Of a DNA stretch of 64,000 nucleotides, positions 38,277 to 49,054 are shown piece after piece. Made by a program: the position numbers and the translations under genes. This stretch comes from Thermovirgaceae bacterium (GTDB lineage: Bacteria; Synergistota; Synergistia; Synergistales; Thermovirgaceae): positions 1 to 64,000 of the forward strand of contig JAXGNU010000002.1 of assembly GCA_040767805.1 (NCBI GenBank). Reading direction: 5' to 3'. Within the stretch, counting starts at the first letter, position 1, and each line of letters opens with the position of its first letter. Under the pieces are notes generated by a model. The model searched no databases, had not been told where the DNA came from, and saw nothing but the letters and a program-made list of their open reading frames with translations.

Positions 38277-40109
38277 TTACTCTACGGTGACGCTTTTTGC
38301 CAGGTTGCGGGGTTGGTCGATCTCCCTCCCGAGGGTCGACGCTATGTGGAAAGACAGGAGTTGCAGGGGTATCACCGAGAGGAAGGGGGTGAATTCCTCG
38401 TCGGTCCAAGGGATTTCTATGACCGAACCGGCCTGTTCGGGGACAAAAAGGTCACCCTCGGTGCACACCGCTATCAGCGACGCGTTCCTCGCCTTAACCT
38501 CCCGTATGTTCGATAGGGTCTTTTCGTAAAGGCTGTCCCTGGGTATGACCGCCAGGACCGGCACCCCCGGCTCCAGCAGGGCTATGGGGCCGTGCTTCAT
38601 CTCCCCCGCGGCGAGAGCCTCGGCGTGGATGTAGGAAACCTCCTTCAGCTTGAGGGCGCCCTCCTGCGCGACGGGGAAGGATATCCCCCTGCCGATGAAA
38701 AGCATGTTCTTACTCCCTGCGTATTCCCTCGCGATCTCCCTGACCTCGCCCTCTTTCTCCAGGAGGAGTTCCACTTTGTGGGGGATACGGACCAGTTCGT
38801 TGACCAGCCGTTCTTCTTCGTGGAGCGCCAGGCTCCCTCTCATGCTCCCCAGTTGTAGGGCCACCAGGAAAAGGGCCGCCAACTGACCGATGAAGCTCTT
38901 GGTAGCCGCCACGCCTATCTCCGAGCCGGCCTTGAGGAGTAACAGGCTGTGAACCTCCCTGGTCAAAGTGGAACCTCTCACGTTGGTTATGGCCAGGCAG
39001 TGGGCCCCGCCGGCCCTTGCCTTGCGCAGGGCGGCCAGCGTATCCGCCGTTTCGCCGGACTGAGAGACGAAAACGGCCAGCGTCGAGGGGTCGCAAGCGA
39101 CAGGGCGGTACCTGTACTCCGAGGCAATGTCCACCTTGATATCTAGGTCAGTCCATTTTTCCAGGAGCCTTTCGGCCACCAGGGCTGAGTAAAAGGAGGA
39201 CCCGCAGGCGACGATATGGATCTTCTTCCATTTGGATACCATCTCGACGTCCCAGCCCAGTTCTCCGGATATCGTCGTTTTCCCGTCGACGATCCTTCCC
39301 TTCAGGGAACGGCGGAGCACCGTCCCCTGTTCGTGGATCTCCTTGAGCATGTAGTGGGAAAAACCAGACTTCTCTGTCAACGACACATCCCAGTCGACGG
39401 TAACAGAGGGCCTCTCAACGGGACGGCCCTTCTCATCCCAGATCCTGATCCCGCCCGGGGAGATCTCCGCTATATCGCCCTCCTCCGGGTACTGGATCCT
39501 CCTGGTGTAGGGGAGGAAGGCCGGGATGTCCGAAGCGCAGAAAGCCTCCCCCTCGCCCGACCCCAGGACGAGGGGGGAACCCCTCCGGATGGCGTAGATA
39601 GTGTCGGGGCGGCCCTGCTGCATCAGCGCCAGGGCGAAGGTCCCTCTCAGCCTCTTCTGGAGGTATACCAGCGTTTCCAGGATGTCACCCGTCCGGGAGA
39701 AGGACATTGCAACGAGATGGACGATAGCCTCCGTGTCCGTCTCGGAGAGGAAGACCACACCTTCTCTTTTGAGTTCATCCCTGAGTTCTAAAAAATTCTC
39801 GATGATCCCGTTGTGCACCAGGGCGAACCGGCCGCTGCCGTCCTTATGGGGGTGGGCGTTGACCCGGGAGACCCCGCCATGGGTGGCCCAGCGCGTGTGA
39901 CCGATCCCCTGGTGGGAACCCGCGGGGACCTCCTTAAGCATCCTCTCGAGGTCTTCCACCTTGCCGACCTCCTTGATGATGAGGAGGTCTTTGCCTGACC
40001 CAAGGGCAAGGCCCGCCGAGTCATAGCCTCGATACTCAAGCCTCTTGAGCCCGTCGATAAGGACTTCCCGGGCTTCCCGTCCGCCGACATAACCGACAAT
40101 CCCGCACAT
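38277..40109 (-). CDS. glmS: Glutamine-fructose-6-phosphate aminotransferase
   Basis: MCGIVG, EYRGYDSAG, HTRWATHG, SQSGETADT, PRNLAKSVTVE. Confidence 0.98.
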   Translation of the reverse strand: MCGIVGYVGGREAREVLIDGLKRLEYRGYDSAGLALGSGKDLLIIKEVGKVEDLERMLKEVPAGSHQGIGHTRWATHGGVSRVNAHPHKDGSGRFALVHNGIIENFLELRDELKREGVVFLSETDTEAIVHLVAMSFSRTGDILETLVYLQKRLRGTFALALMQQGRPDTIYAIRRGSPLVLGSGEGEAFCASDIPAFLPYTRRIQYPEEGDIAEISPGGIRIWDEKGRPVERPSVTVDWDVSLTEKSGFSHYMLKEIHEQGTVLRRSLKGRIVDGKTTISGELGWDVEMVSKWKKIHIVACGSSFYSALVAERLLEKWTDLDIKVDIASEYRYRPVACDPSTLAVFVSQSGETADTLAALRKARAGGAHCLAITNVRGSTLTREVHSLLLLKAGSEIGVAATKSFIGQLAALFLVALQLGSMRGSLALHEEERLVNELVRIPHKVELLLEKEGEVREIAREYAGSKNMLFIGRGISFPVAQEGALKLKEVSYIHAEALAAGEMKHGPIALLEPGVPVLAVIPRDSLYEKTLSNIREVKARNASLIAVCTEGDLFVPEQAGSVIEIPWTDEEFTPFLSVIPLQLLSFHIASTLGREIDQPRNLAKSVTVE

Positions 40110-40149
40110 TACTTTCTGGGCACCGCCTTTCAGTCACACAAAAAAAAAC

Positions 40150-40295
40150 GGATGCCGCCCCTTTTGTCCCGGCGATCGCTCCCCGGTTTTGTGGCGCGGC
40201 TTCGTGGCCCTTCCGTCGGGGCCACCGGGGCATCCGCCGAATTTTCGATGCTCCCCGGACCTCGTCAACTGGCCTGGCCAGTTCTGGCGCTGGGA
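40150..40295 (-). ncRNA. glmS ribozyme (GlcN6P-activated)
   Basis: Minus strand AGCGCCAGAACT...AGTTGACGAGG...ATCGAAAATTCGGCGGATG...ACAAAA...GCGAT...GACAAAAGGGG directly upstream of glmS; predicted cleavage between 40291 and 40290. Confidence 0.92.
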
Positions 40296-40331
40296 TGACC
40301 GCGCTTTCCCACCCTCACCACCGCCGCCCCA

Positions 40332-41225
40332 TCACCCCCTTCCCAGGATCCCGAGTCGATTGAGTTCATCAAGCACGATGTCCCGCAGATCTTCTCGCGC
40401 CAGGGCCATATCCAGCGTGGCTTTCAGCCAGCTCTCCATGGTCCCGCAATCAAACCTCTCGCCCTCGTACAGGACCCCCCAGAGGGGCTCATCCTTCGCC
40501 AGGATTTTTAAGGCATCGGTGAGCTGTATCTCACCCCCGGCCCCGGTGTGGGAACTCTTCAAGTGACCGAAAACCGTCGGCGAAAGGACGTAGCGGCCCA
40601 TTACCGCGTAACGGCTTGGTTCCCCACCGGGCCTGGGTTTTTCCACAAGATCCTCTATCCTGAAAAGGCCTTTTTCGACCGGTTCACCCCTGATCATCCC
40701 GTACCTGCCGACCTCCTCCAGGGGAACCTCCTCGAGGGCGACCACGGAACCCCCCAACCTCTGGTGAACCAGGAAAAGCTGTTCGAGCACGGGCGGCGAC
40801 CCCGGCGGGCTGATCATTACGTCGTCAGGAAGGATGACCCCGAAAGTCTCTCCCCTGCAGAAGGATTCGCCGCAGAGGACGGCGTGCCCCAACCCGAGGG
40901 GTTCGGATTGCCTCACATAGGCGAAATCGGCCATCTCGCTTATCTCCCTCACGAGCCGGGCGCAGTCGGCCTTGCCCTTTTCGAGGAGCAACTGCTCAAG
41001 CTCGATGGACCTGTCGAAGTGATCCTCAATGGCTCTTTTACCTCTCCCGGTGATGAATACGATCTCTCCGCAGCCCGACCGGACGGCCTCCTCGACGCCG
41101 TACTGGATGAGAGGCTTGTCGACTAGGGGGAGCATCTCCTTGGGTATTTCCTTCGTGGCGGGAAGGAACCTCGTGCCCATTCCCGCCACGGGGAAAAGAC
41201 ATTTTCTGTCCCTGTCCCCCATCAA
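40332..41225 (-). CDS. galU: UTP-glucose-1-phosphate uridylyltransferase
   Basis: PVAG.GTRFLPATK..PKEMLP.VDKP, LGLGHAV, VEKP, GEIQLTDA. Confidence 0.95.
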   Translation of the reverse strand: MMGDRDRKCLFPVAGMGTRFLPATKEIPKEMLPLVDKPLIQYGVEEAVRSGCGEIVFITGRGKRAIEDHFDRSIELEQLLLEKGKADCARLVREISEMADFAYVRQSEPLGLGHAVLCGESFCRGETFGVILPDDVMISPPGSPPVLEQLFLVHQRLGGSVVALEEVPLEEVGRYGMIRGEPVEKGLFRIEDLVEKPRPGGEPSRYAVMGRYVLSPTVFGHLKSSHTGAGGEIQLTDALKILAKDEPLWGVLYEGERFDCGTMESWLKATLDMALAREDLRDIVLDELNRLGILGRG

Positions 41226-42634
41226 GGCAACCCACCTCCCCCAAAGCTGCCGGAAGCGGCGCCCGGGGCGACCTTCGCTATCCTTTCAAAGAGCGCCCCC
41301 GAAACCGCTTCCAGCAAGGCGCCATCCCTGGCCTCAACGAGGACACGCACGAGCGGTTCCGTACCGGAGGGCCTGACCATTACCCTGCCCAGGTCCCCCA
41401 GGTCGAGGGAGGCTTTACTGATGGCCTTCCGAACTTCGGGGTGGTCGAGAAAGGCGTCCTTGTCACGGGCTTGAAAATTCTTTAGTACCTGGGGGTACCT
41501 TCCGAACCGATCGACCAGGGTGTCCGTATCCTCTCCCAGCCGGGCGCATGCCGAGAGGAAAAGAAGGCCGGAACCAAGGCCGTCGCCGGTGGGGAAGAAG
41601 TCGCCGGCGATGATATGGCCCGACTGCTCGCCGCCGAGGTTCGAACCCGACGACCTCATCGCGTCCAGCACGTACCTGTCTCCGACGGGGCAGCGTCTAA
41701 GCGTTATCCCTTCCTGGGAGAGCCTCTCCTCCAGGGCCTTGTTGCTCATTACCGTCGCAACGACACCGTTGCCGAGCTTCCCTTCTGAAAGGAGCCATCT
41801 CCCGAGGACCCAGAGAATGATGTCACCGTCGATGACCCTGCCCCTGGGGTCGACGAAAAGAACCCTGTCGGCATCGCCGTCAAGGGCCATACCCAGGGAA
41901 TAGCCCCCGGAAAGGACCCTGGAGGCTACATTTTCAATGTGGATCACTCCGCAGCCGTCATTGATATTGTACCTGTCAGGCCTGTCGGAGATGAAGACGG
42001 CCTTGTTGAAACACCTCCCGAAGACCAGGGCGGCCGCCTCTGAGGCGGCCCCGTGGGCGCAATCGACCACGATGGAGAGCCCCGGGTCCGCGCCAAGGCA
42101 ACAGGTCCTTACGAGGTTCTCCGCATACTCTCGGAGGATTTCCGGCTTGGGTGAGACGGAACCTATCGACGACCCGGTGGGCCTCCACTCATCGAAAACG
42201 ACATCGGCCAGGTAATCCTCGATCTCCGCCTCGTCATCGTCACCCAACTTTCCGCCATCCTTGCCCAGGAACTTTATTCCGTTGTATTCGAAGGGGTTGT
42301 GGGAGGCGCTCACCACGGCGCCGCCGTCACAGGATAGTCTCTTGACGGCGAAGCTCACGCCGGGGGTCGGGATCACCCCCAGGGAGGCCACCTCGGCCCC
42401 GGCCGAGAGCAAACCCGAGACCAGGGCCATTTCGATCATGGACCCGGAGCGCCTTGTGTCCCTACCGACGGCGATGGTCGGGCGGGATATCCCCCTCTCG
42501 ATGAGAAAAAGAGCGTAAGACCGGCCGAGCCGCAGCGCCATCTCGGGGGTCATGAGGCCCCGGTTGGCCACATCCCTGACACCATCGGTACCGAAGAGGC
42601 AGCGGCTTTTTCCCAAGGGACCCAGCATCGGCAC
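41222..42634 (-). CDS. glmM: Phosphoglucosamine mutase
   Basis: FGTDGVR, SASHNP, DGDADR, GGEQSGH, RPSGTEP; cdaA-cdaR-glmM synteny. Confidence 0.93.
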   Translation of the reverse strand: MPMLGPLGKSRCLFGTDGVRDVANRGLMTPEMALRLGRSYALFLIERGISRPTIAVGRDTRRSGSMIEMALVSGLLSAGAEVASLGVIPTPGVSFAVKRLSCDGGAVVSASHNPFEYNGIKFLGKDGGKLGDDDEAEIEDYLADVVFDEWRPTGSSIGSVSPKPEILREYAENLVRTCCLGADPGLSIVVDCAHGAASEAAALVFGRCFNKAVFISDRPDRYNINDGCGVIHIENVASRVLSGGYSLGMALDGDADRVLFVDPRGRVIDGDIILWVLGRWLLSEGKLGNGVVATVMSNKALEERLSQEGITLRRCPVGDRYVLDAMRSSGSNLGGEQSGHIIAGDFFPTGDGLGSGLLFLSACARLGEDTDTLVDRFGRYPQVLKNFQARDKDAFLDHPEVRKAISKASLDLGDLGRVMVRPSGTEPLVRVLVEARDGALLEAVSGALFERIAKVAPGAASGSFGGGGLP

Positions 42635-42650
42635 ACTCCTTTCCTTGATC

Positions 42651-43862
42651 CTACTCCGTCAACGCGTAGACCGTTACGTTGGGTGGGTCGACCTCGGCCA
42701 AGGTAACCCCCCTGGCATGCAAAGTCACCTTCACGGGTACGGTGATCTTCAGGGAGACCAGGTTGGTCACGTCAACGAAGACGTCCAGGGGACTTCCTTC
42801 GACCTCGGCGGAATCCAACTGCGAAGGCGGGCCCTGAAGGATGACATTCACCTCGGAGGGTTCCACCCTCCAGCCAGGGTATATGCTCCTGCCGGTAAGC
42901 CGGACGGGTATCTTCGCGTAAAGCCTTCTCTCCGTCCTTGGGGCCAGAAGGATCCTCACCCGGACCGACGGCACATCCACGATCTGCGCGTCATCGGTGG
43001 GGTCCGGCGCGGTCACGACCTCGCTAATATCTGAAGCGAGCCCTGTGATGTCGATGGGGGCCAAGTTGACCTGGTCGATCCGTTCTATCGACTCAAAGGG
43101 GCCCTGGATCGTCAGTTCCGGCGGGTCCACCACCACCGCTTCCACCTGGAAGTCATGACCCGGTTCACCCTTCAGTTCAACCCTCACCGGGACGATCTTC
43201 CTGGGAAACTCCTTGATCAACTGCAAGGACACGTCAGCCACGGCCGGTTCAATCATGAAGGGCGACCTCTGGTCGCTGCCGGGATAGGGTATGACCGGCA
43301 GGGAGAGCTCCTTCTCCCGGAGAAGCTGTTCCACGGTGGGAGCCACCCAGACGTTGTCCAGGGAGGCCATCATCTGCTCCGGACCCTTGACGGAGACTTC
43401 CCGTGGCTCAACCCTCTCTTCCTCCAGGTGGTATTCGGGCGGCAGGTCCTCGGGAAGGAGGATCTTGACGGGCAGGGTCCTCGACACCAACCGGGTGAGG
43501 TCGAAATCCACGAAAGGCGGGGAAACCTCGACGAGCCTCAGCCCCGACGAAAGGATGGCCTGGACGGGTCGGCGGTACGACCCCGGCCCTAAACCTTTAA
43601 GGTCCACCTGGGAGGCGATCGTGTCCATCTTCAGAAGGGTATCCTCCCTCGTGCCCGATACCTGGATGTCCACGTCGCGGACCCCGCTGGTCACCGACAT
43701 GTCGGCCGGGACGTTGAGGAACTCCAGTGGCACCGTCACGGTCCTCACGACCTCGGTCCCCCGGTCCGAGGCCAGGTAAAACCAGACCAGGACCGCCACC
43801 AGCACCGACAACACCTTGAGGAAGAGCCGGGAGGTGAGGAGGCGGTCAATCGATCTCATCAT
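42651..43862 (-). CDS. cdaR: CdaR/YbbR-like regulator
   Basis: N-terminal TM followed by repeated P..V.V.GP YbbR domains; follows cdaA. Confidence 0.85.
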   Translation of the reverse strand: MMRSIDRLLTSRLFLKVLSVLVAVLVWFYLASDRGTEVVRTVTVPLEFLNVPADMSVTSGVRDVDIQVSGTREDTLLKMDTIASQVDLKGLGPGSYRRPVQAILSSGLRLVEVSPPFVDFDLTRLVSRTLPVKILLPEDLPPEYHLEEERVEPREVSVKGPEQMMASLDNVWVAPTVEQLLREKELSLPVIPYPGSDQRSPFMIEPAVADVSLQLIKEFPRKIVPVRVELKGEPGHDFQVEAVVVDPPELTIQGPFESIERIDQVNLAPIDITGLASDISEVVTAPDPTDDAQIVDVPSVRVRILLAPRTERRLYAKIPVRLTGRSIYPGWRVEPSEVNVILQGPPSQLDSAEVEGSPLDVFVDVTNLVSLKITVPVKVTLHARGVTLAEVDPPNVTVYALTE

Positions 43863-44691
43863 TATCAGGTCCTCCCCGGGAAAATACCGACCCCAGTCTT
43901 TCCCTGATACCCTCAACGGCCGTCGCGGCGCCGGCGGCCCGGGTGTAGTAGTGCATGAGGAGCCTCCTGATCTGCCCTTCCTTCAATTCCCTCGAAAGAT
44001 GACCGTTGATGGCCAAAGCCACTTCCCCCCGCTCTTCCGACACGACAAGGGCCATGGCGTCGGAGACCTCCGAAACACCAAGGGCCGCCCGATGCCGGGT
44101 ACCGATCCACCTTGATAGGTTGCTGTTCTCCGTGAGGGGCAAGTAGCAGGCCGCTGCGATTATCTTCCGGTTGTCCAGTATCACCGCGCCGTCGTGGAGC
44201 GGGTTCCCGGGCCAGAATATCGATATGATCAGGTCCTGGGATACATCCCCCTCGATCTGGACGGCCGACCGCCAGATGTCCTTCAGACCGGTGTCTTTCT
44301 GAAAGACCAAAATGGCGCCCATCTTCCTGCTCTGGAGAAAAAGGATGGCCCTGGTGATCTCCTCGGTCAACTGGGATGCTCTCTCCTCGGCCTGGCGGCG
44401 TCTCCAGATGCTCCCCCGCCCGAGTTCCTCGAGCATCCTCCTGATCTCGGGCTGGAACACTATGGGAATAGCCAGGATGAAGACCCCCAGAAGCCTTCCG
44501 AGAATCCAGGTCAGAGCCGCCAGTTTCAGGAACCGGGCCGTGGCGTAAAAAAGGCCGATGACGAAAAGGCCCTTTACAAGCTGCATGGCTCGGGTGTCCA
44601 TGAGCAGGAGGAGCAGCCTGTAGACTATAAAGGCTATGACGATGATGTCAATAAAGTCTTGCCAACGGATGAACTCGAGTATTCCGGACAA
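43846..44691 (-). CDS. cdaA: Diadenylate cyclase CdaA
   Basis: 3 TM segments, FQPE.R..LE.LG, PLHDGA and GTRHRAA catalytic motifs. Confidence 0.94.
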   Translation of the reverse strand: MSGILEFIRWQDFIDIIVIAFIVYRLLLLLMDTRAMQLVKGLFVIGLFYATARFLKLAALTWILGRLLGVFILAIPIVFQPEIRRMLEELGRGSIWRRRQAEERASQLTEEITRAILFLQSRKMGAILVFQKDTGLKDIWRSAVQIEGDVSQDLIISIFWPGNPLHDGAVILDNRKIIAAACYLPLTENSNLSRWIGTRHRAALGVSEVSDAMALVVSEERGEVALAINGHLSRELKEGQIRRLLMHYYTRAAGAATAVEGIRERLGSVFSRGGPDNDEID

Positions 44692-44709
44692 GGGATCACT
44701 CCCAAGGGG

Positions 44710-45789
44710 TTATTTCTTTATGATCTTCGTCCTGACATAGGGCGAGGTGGCGGCCGCCAGCATGGCGCCGTAATCGGCAGCGAAGGAAATGGTATCGCCC
44801 AGGTTGAGGGGGCCCTCGAAATCTTCCGCGTCGAGGGTCAAGTGATCACTGGAAGCCCCTATGATCTCAAACCCTCGACCGATGGGCGTCAGCCCCTCGG
44901 GCCTCACGTCCTGCCGTCCCATGGCGACGATGACCCGCCGCCTCGTACCCCTGTCCTGGAAAACCGGGATGTTCCCGAAAGCGTCGGCCCCCGTCTTCCC
45001 TATCGGCATCGAGGGCTTCCTCCTGACCTCCACTACCTCGGCGGTGATCCTTATGGCGTCCCTCTCAAGGTAGGGGATCACCCTGTTCCCCGTGACATCC
45101 GTCCCTAGCAGGATACCCTCCCCCACCCTCAGTTGGTTGACACCTTCGGGCATCGTGCCGTCCTCGACCAGGGACAGGGAGGATGTCGCGCCCCCGGAGA
45201 CCACTTCCAGGGGATGGCCGAGAAGGGTGGAGAGCTCCCCGCCGATCCTGACCAGGAGCGAGAGGTTCGTCGTCGATGGGAGCACCCCCGACAGGCATCC
45301 AAGGTTACTCCCGACCCCCAGGCAACGGGTCCTGCGGGATTGAAGAAGAGCGTCGGCCATCTCTTCCACGCCGTCCGGCCAGATCCCTTCGCGGAGGTCC
45401 CCCAGGTCGACCATGACGATGATGCCTACCTCACTCCCGGCCTCATCACAGGCCCGATCGAGCATCAGCACCGATGCCGGCATGGAGACAAGGCAGCAGT
45501 CGACATTTTCGGCCACATCGGTCATTTCGCCGGGCATGGGTATCCTCAGCAGCATCATGGGGTGCCGAAACCCGAAAAGGCGGAGTTTCCTGATATTGTC
45601 AACGCGGCTGTCGGCAAGCCCCACGCAACCGCCGTCCAGCATGGCCGATGCTACCGCCGGGTGGGCGCTCAAGCCCTTTGTGACCCCCCATACCGATATG
45701 CCCTTTCCCGAGCAGAGGCCGACCACCTTTTCAGCGTTCCTTGTGATCATGGCCGTGTCGACGCTCATCTCCGGGTATCTCGAAGTCAA
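44710..45789 (-). CDS. Alanine/ornithine racemase family PLP enzyme
   Basis: YP...D, GVTK (PLP lysine), LADSR, D.GDLREG, LRVGE, GASSDH. Confidence 0.85.
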   Translation of the reverse strand: MTSRYPEMSVDTAMITRNAEKVVGLCSGKGISVWGVTKGLSAHPAVASAMLDGGCVGLADSRVDNIRKLRLFGFRHPMMLLRIPMPGEMTDVAENVDCCLVSMPASVLMLDRACDEAGSEVGIIVMVDLGDLREGIWPDGVEEMADALLQSRRTRCLGVGSNLGCLSGVLPSTTNLSLLVRIGGELSTLLGHPLEVVSGGATSSLSLVEDGTMPEGVNQLRVGEGILLGTDVTGNRVIPYLERDAIRITAEVVEVRRKPSMPIGKTGADAFGNIPVFQDRGTRRRVIVAMGRQDVRPEGLTPIGRGFEIIGASSDHLTLDAEDFEGPLNLGDTISFAADYGAMLAAATSPYVRTKIIKK

Positions 45790-45835
45790 CAGGATCGCCT
45801 CCCTTTTACGACGATCGTTCCGACTATATTCTCAC

Positions 45836-46678
45836 TCAACGGCCCCTCAGTTTTCTCAGGAGGGCCAGGTTACCGCTGTCTCCGGGAAGGCCCTTGGGGG
45901 TCTCCAGCAAACAGGGAGTGTCTTCCCACCGGGGGTCGGTGACGATGCGCGAGAAAAGTTCGAGCCCTATGAAGCCTTCCCCGAGATGTTGATGCCTGTC
46001 TATGTGGCTACCCATCTCGGCGGTGGAATCGTTCAAATGCCAGCACCCGACGTTTCCCAGGCCGATATGCTTCTCCACCGCCCGGACGAAGCGGTCATAG
46101 GAGGACCGGCCCCGCAGTTCGTACCCGCCGGCGAAAAGGTGGCACGTGTCGAGGCAGACCCCGACACGGGAAGGGTCCCCCACCCTTTCAAGTATCCATG
46201 CCAAGTCCTCTATTGTCGAGCCGACGGAATGGCCCTGGCCGGACATGGTCTCCAGTAGGACCCTCGTCCTCATCCCGGCGGTCCGCTCGAGGGAACGCGC
46301 CAGGCCCTCGGCCGCCCGTTCCCTCCCGTACTCCAGACCCCGCCCAAGGTGAGAACCGGGATGAAGGACCAGGTCCTCGATCCCCAGCGTCTCGCAGCGG
46401 GCGATCTCTTCGGCGAGGGCGGCGATGCTTTTTTCCCGCTTCTCCGTGCCTGAAGCCAGGTTCAGAAGGTAGGAGGCATGGGCCACTACCTTTTTTATTG
46501 AACTACGGCCCCAGGCGGCCATGAACCTTGACGCCACGGACTCCGATACGGGTGGGGCCAGCCATTGAAGCTGGTTCTTGGTGAATATCTGGATGGCCTC
46601 GCAGCCCAGGCTTTCCCCTTTTTCAATAGCCTTCCAGAGCCCCCCGGCGACGGAGACATGGGCGCCTATCAGGGACAT
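45836..46678 (-). CDS. nfo: Endonuclease IV
   Basis: GAHVS.AGG, HASYL.NL, HPGS, LET, CLDTCH, HLNDS, DRH. Confidence 0.95.
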   Translation of the reverse strand: MSLIGAHVSVAGGLWKAIEKGESLGCEAIQIFTKNQLQWLAPPVSESVASRFMAAWGRSSIKKVVAHASYLLNLASGTEKREKSIAALAEEIARCETLGIEDLVLHPGSHLGRGLEYGRERAAEGLARSLERTAGMRTRVLLETMSGQGHSVGSTIEDLAWILERVGDPSRVGVCLDTCHLFAGGYELRGRSSYDRFVRAVEKHIGLGNVGCWHLNDSTAEMGSHIDRHQHLGEGFIGLELFSRIVTDPRWEDTPCLLETPKGLPGDSGNLALLRKLRGR

Positions 46679-47295
46679 CGTGTCCCGCCCTTTGAGTCGC
46701 GAAGTGATCGTGTGAGGTCGAGGATGATCCGGGCCGAAGCACCCCACAGAATAACCCCGTCATCGAGCCGGTAAACAGGAAAGGGGAAGTCTTGCCCCTC
46801 ACCGGCGGAATTCTCTGTCCTCGGCGGTCGTTCCAGCTGCTTTAGGGGAACCTCCAGTACCCTCTTGACCTCGTTCCCGTCGGGTGACAAGTCTCCGGGG
46901 GCCACCCCCGAGGGCAGGTACCCCACCACCGGGAAGATCGTGAAGTCGCTGGAATAGACCCTGACCTCGGGAAGCGCGCCTACGACCTCCACCCTTTCCG
47001 CGGGGATCCCCGTCTCTTCGGTGAATTCCCTCAGGGCGGTCTCGACGGGGCCCCTGTCCGGTTTTTCCCGGGCCCCGCCGGGGAAAGCCACCTGTCCCGG
47101 GTGACGCTTCAGGGAATCGGACCGCTCCACCAAGAGCAGGAAGAGCTCCTCCTCCCTCGGGAAGAGAGGCACCAAGACGGCGCTCATCCTCCCTTGGCTT
47201 TCGGTTATATCCTCCCACCCGATGTCCAGCCGGGGGGAGAGTGTTTTAGAAAGGGCCCGTCGGAGCCATGAGGCCCCTCTCCGCTCAATCACCAT
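46669..47295 (-). CDS. Nudix CoA pyrophosphatase (NudL/PCD1 type); start uncertain
   Basis: R...L..HPGQVAFPGG, Nudix box ALRE..EE.G, LWGASA. Confidence 0.88.
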   Translation of the reverse strand: MVIERRGASWLRRALSKTLSPRLDIGWEDITESQGRMSAVLVPLFPREEELFLLLVERSDSLKRHPGQVAFPGGAREKPDRGPVETALREFTEETGIPAERVEVVGALPEVRVYSSDFTIFPVVGYLPSGVAPGDLSPDGNEVKRVLEVPLKQLERPPRTENSAGEGQDFPFPVYRLDDGVILWGASARIILDLTRSLRDSKGGTRCP

Positions 47296-49054
47296 CGGAA
47301 TGGAGCCGGACCGCGCCTCCGAGCACTACACCGCGCCTCCCATCCACGGTCACCGTCATGCCGTCCTCCAGGACGGCCAGGGCCCCCGTGGCGGAGACGA
47401 TGCAGGGTATCCTGAGCTCGAGGCTGACGATGGCGGCATGGCTCGTGAGGCCGCCCTCTTCGCATATTATGGCCGAGGCCTTTCTCATGGCCGGTATGTA
47501 TTCCTTATCGGTCTGCCTTGTCACCAGTATCGCCCCGTCCTTCATCTTGGCATCGGCCTCGGAGCCTGTCAGGGCCTTCACAACCACCCCGGAGGCATCC
47601 TTCTTCAAGAGGGAGAGCCCCTTCAAGAGGGTCTTGGCCACGGTCAGGACCTGGATCGAGTTCGTGCTCCCCGGGCTGCCTATGGGGTACCCCGCGGTGG
47701 CCACCACCATGTCGCCCTCCTTCAGGAGCGACTCCTTACGGGCGGTCTCCATGGCCGACGTTAGCGCCGTCTCGAGGACCTTCTCCTCGGGGACATGGAG
47801 AGGCTCGACCCCCCAGACCAGGGTCAAGTACCTCAAGGTCTCCCGGTTGGGGGTCGCCCCGATAATGGGGGCCGCGGGCCTGTACTTGCTGACCATCTGG
47901 GCTGTCACGCCGCTTTGGGTGAGTGAAAGGACCGCCTGGGCCTTCATCTGGTCCGATATCATCCCCGCGGCCTTGCTGACAGCGTCGGGGATCCCCGGTA
48001 CGCCCGCCTGGCAGACGAAGGGCTTTCTCCACGGGGATCCCCCTTTTTCAGTGCTGCCGATGATCATGGCCATGGTCTTCACCGCCAACACCGGGTAAGC
48101 CCCGTTGGCCGTCTCACCCGAAAGCATCAGGGCATCGGCACCGTCTAGGACGGCGTTGGCGACATCGCTCGCCTCGGCCCTCGTGGCCCGCACGTTCCTT
48201 ATCATGGAATCCAGCATCTGGGTGGCCACAATGACGGGCTTGCCGTGAGAACGGCACCGGTCGATGATCGCCTTCTGCGTTAGGGGGACATCCTCGAGGG
48301 GGATCTCGACCCCCAGGTCGCCCCTGGCCACCATCATACCGTCCACCACTTCAATGATCTCCTCCAGGTTGTCCACCGCGTCGCGGGTCTCGATCTTGGC
48401 GATCACCCTGAGGTCGCCCCCGATCTCTTCCAAAACCCGGCGCGCGTCCATGACGTCCGAACGGTCGCGGACAAAGGAGAGCGCCAGGAAGTCCATGCCT
48501 TTACCTACGGCCCAGCGGATATCCTCTATGTCTTTGGGGGTGAGGATCGGCAGCGACATTTTAACGCCCGGGACGGAGAGGCCCTTCTTTTCACCCAGTT
48601 CACCGCCCACGTTCACGCGGCAGGCGATATCCTTTCCCTCGACCTTTTCCACGATGAGATGAAGGGTGCCGTCGTCGATAAAAAGATCCTGCCCAGGGCC
48701 GACCTCGCCGGGAAGGCCGGGGTAGCTTATGCCGACCCTGGAGGCGTCCCCCTTCTCAAGGGGTTCAGCGGTCAGTATTATCGTGCTCCCGCTTTTTATC
48801 ATCACCGGGCGGTGCCCCTCGAGGGTCCCGGTCCTGATCTCGGGTCCCTTGGTGTCTATCATGGTGCCGATGGGCCGCCCCAGTTCCTCCTCGATCCTCC
48901 TCACCCTGTCCAGGTGGAACCCGTGGGTTCCGCGGTCACCATGGCTAAAATTCAGGCGGGCCACGTCCATGCCCGCCTGAACCATTTTTTTCAGAACTTC
49001 ACGATCCTCGCAGGCCGGCCCGAGGGTGCAAACGATCTTAGCCCGTTTCCTCAT
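47285..49054 (-). CDS. pyk: Pyruvate kinase with C-terminal PEP-utiliser domain
   Basis: [43 protein letters not shown]. Confidence 0.97.
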   Translation of the reverse strand: MRKRAKIVCTLGPACEDREVLKKMVQAGMDVARLNFSHGDRGTHGFHLDRVRRIEEELGRPIGTMIDTKGPEIRTGTLEGHRPVMIKSGSTIILTAEPLEKGDASRVGISYPGLPGEVGPGQDLFIDDGTLHLIVEKVEGKDIACRVNVGGELGEKKGLSVPGVKMSLPILTPKDIEDIRWAVGKGMDFLALSFVRDRSDVMDARRVLEEIGGDLRVIAKIETRDAVDNLEEIIEVVDGMMVARGDLGVEIPLEDVPLTQKAIIDRCRSHGKPVIVATQMLDSMIRNVRATRAEASDVANAVLDGADALMLSGETANGAYPVLAVKTMAMIIGSTEKGGSPWRKPFVCQAGVPGIPDAVSKAAGMISDQMKAQAVLSLTQSGVTAQMVSKYRPAAPIIGATPNRETLRYLTLVWGVEPLHVPEEKVLETALTSAMETARKESLLKEGDMVVATAGYPIGSPGSTNSIQVLTVAKTLLKGLSLLKKDASGVVVKALTGSEADAKMKDGAILVTRQTDKEYIPAMRKASAIICEEGGLTSHAAIVSLELRIPCIVSATGALAVLEDGMTVTVDGRRGVVLGGAVRLHSDGD

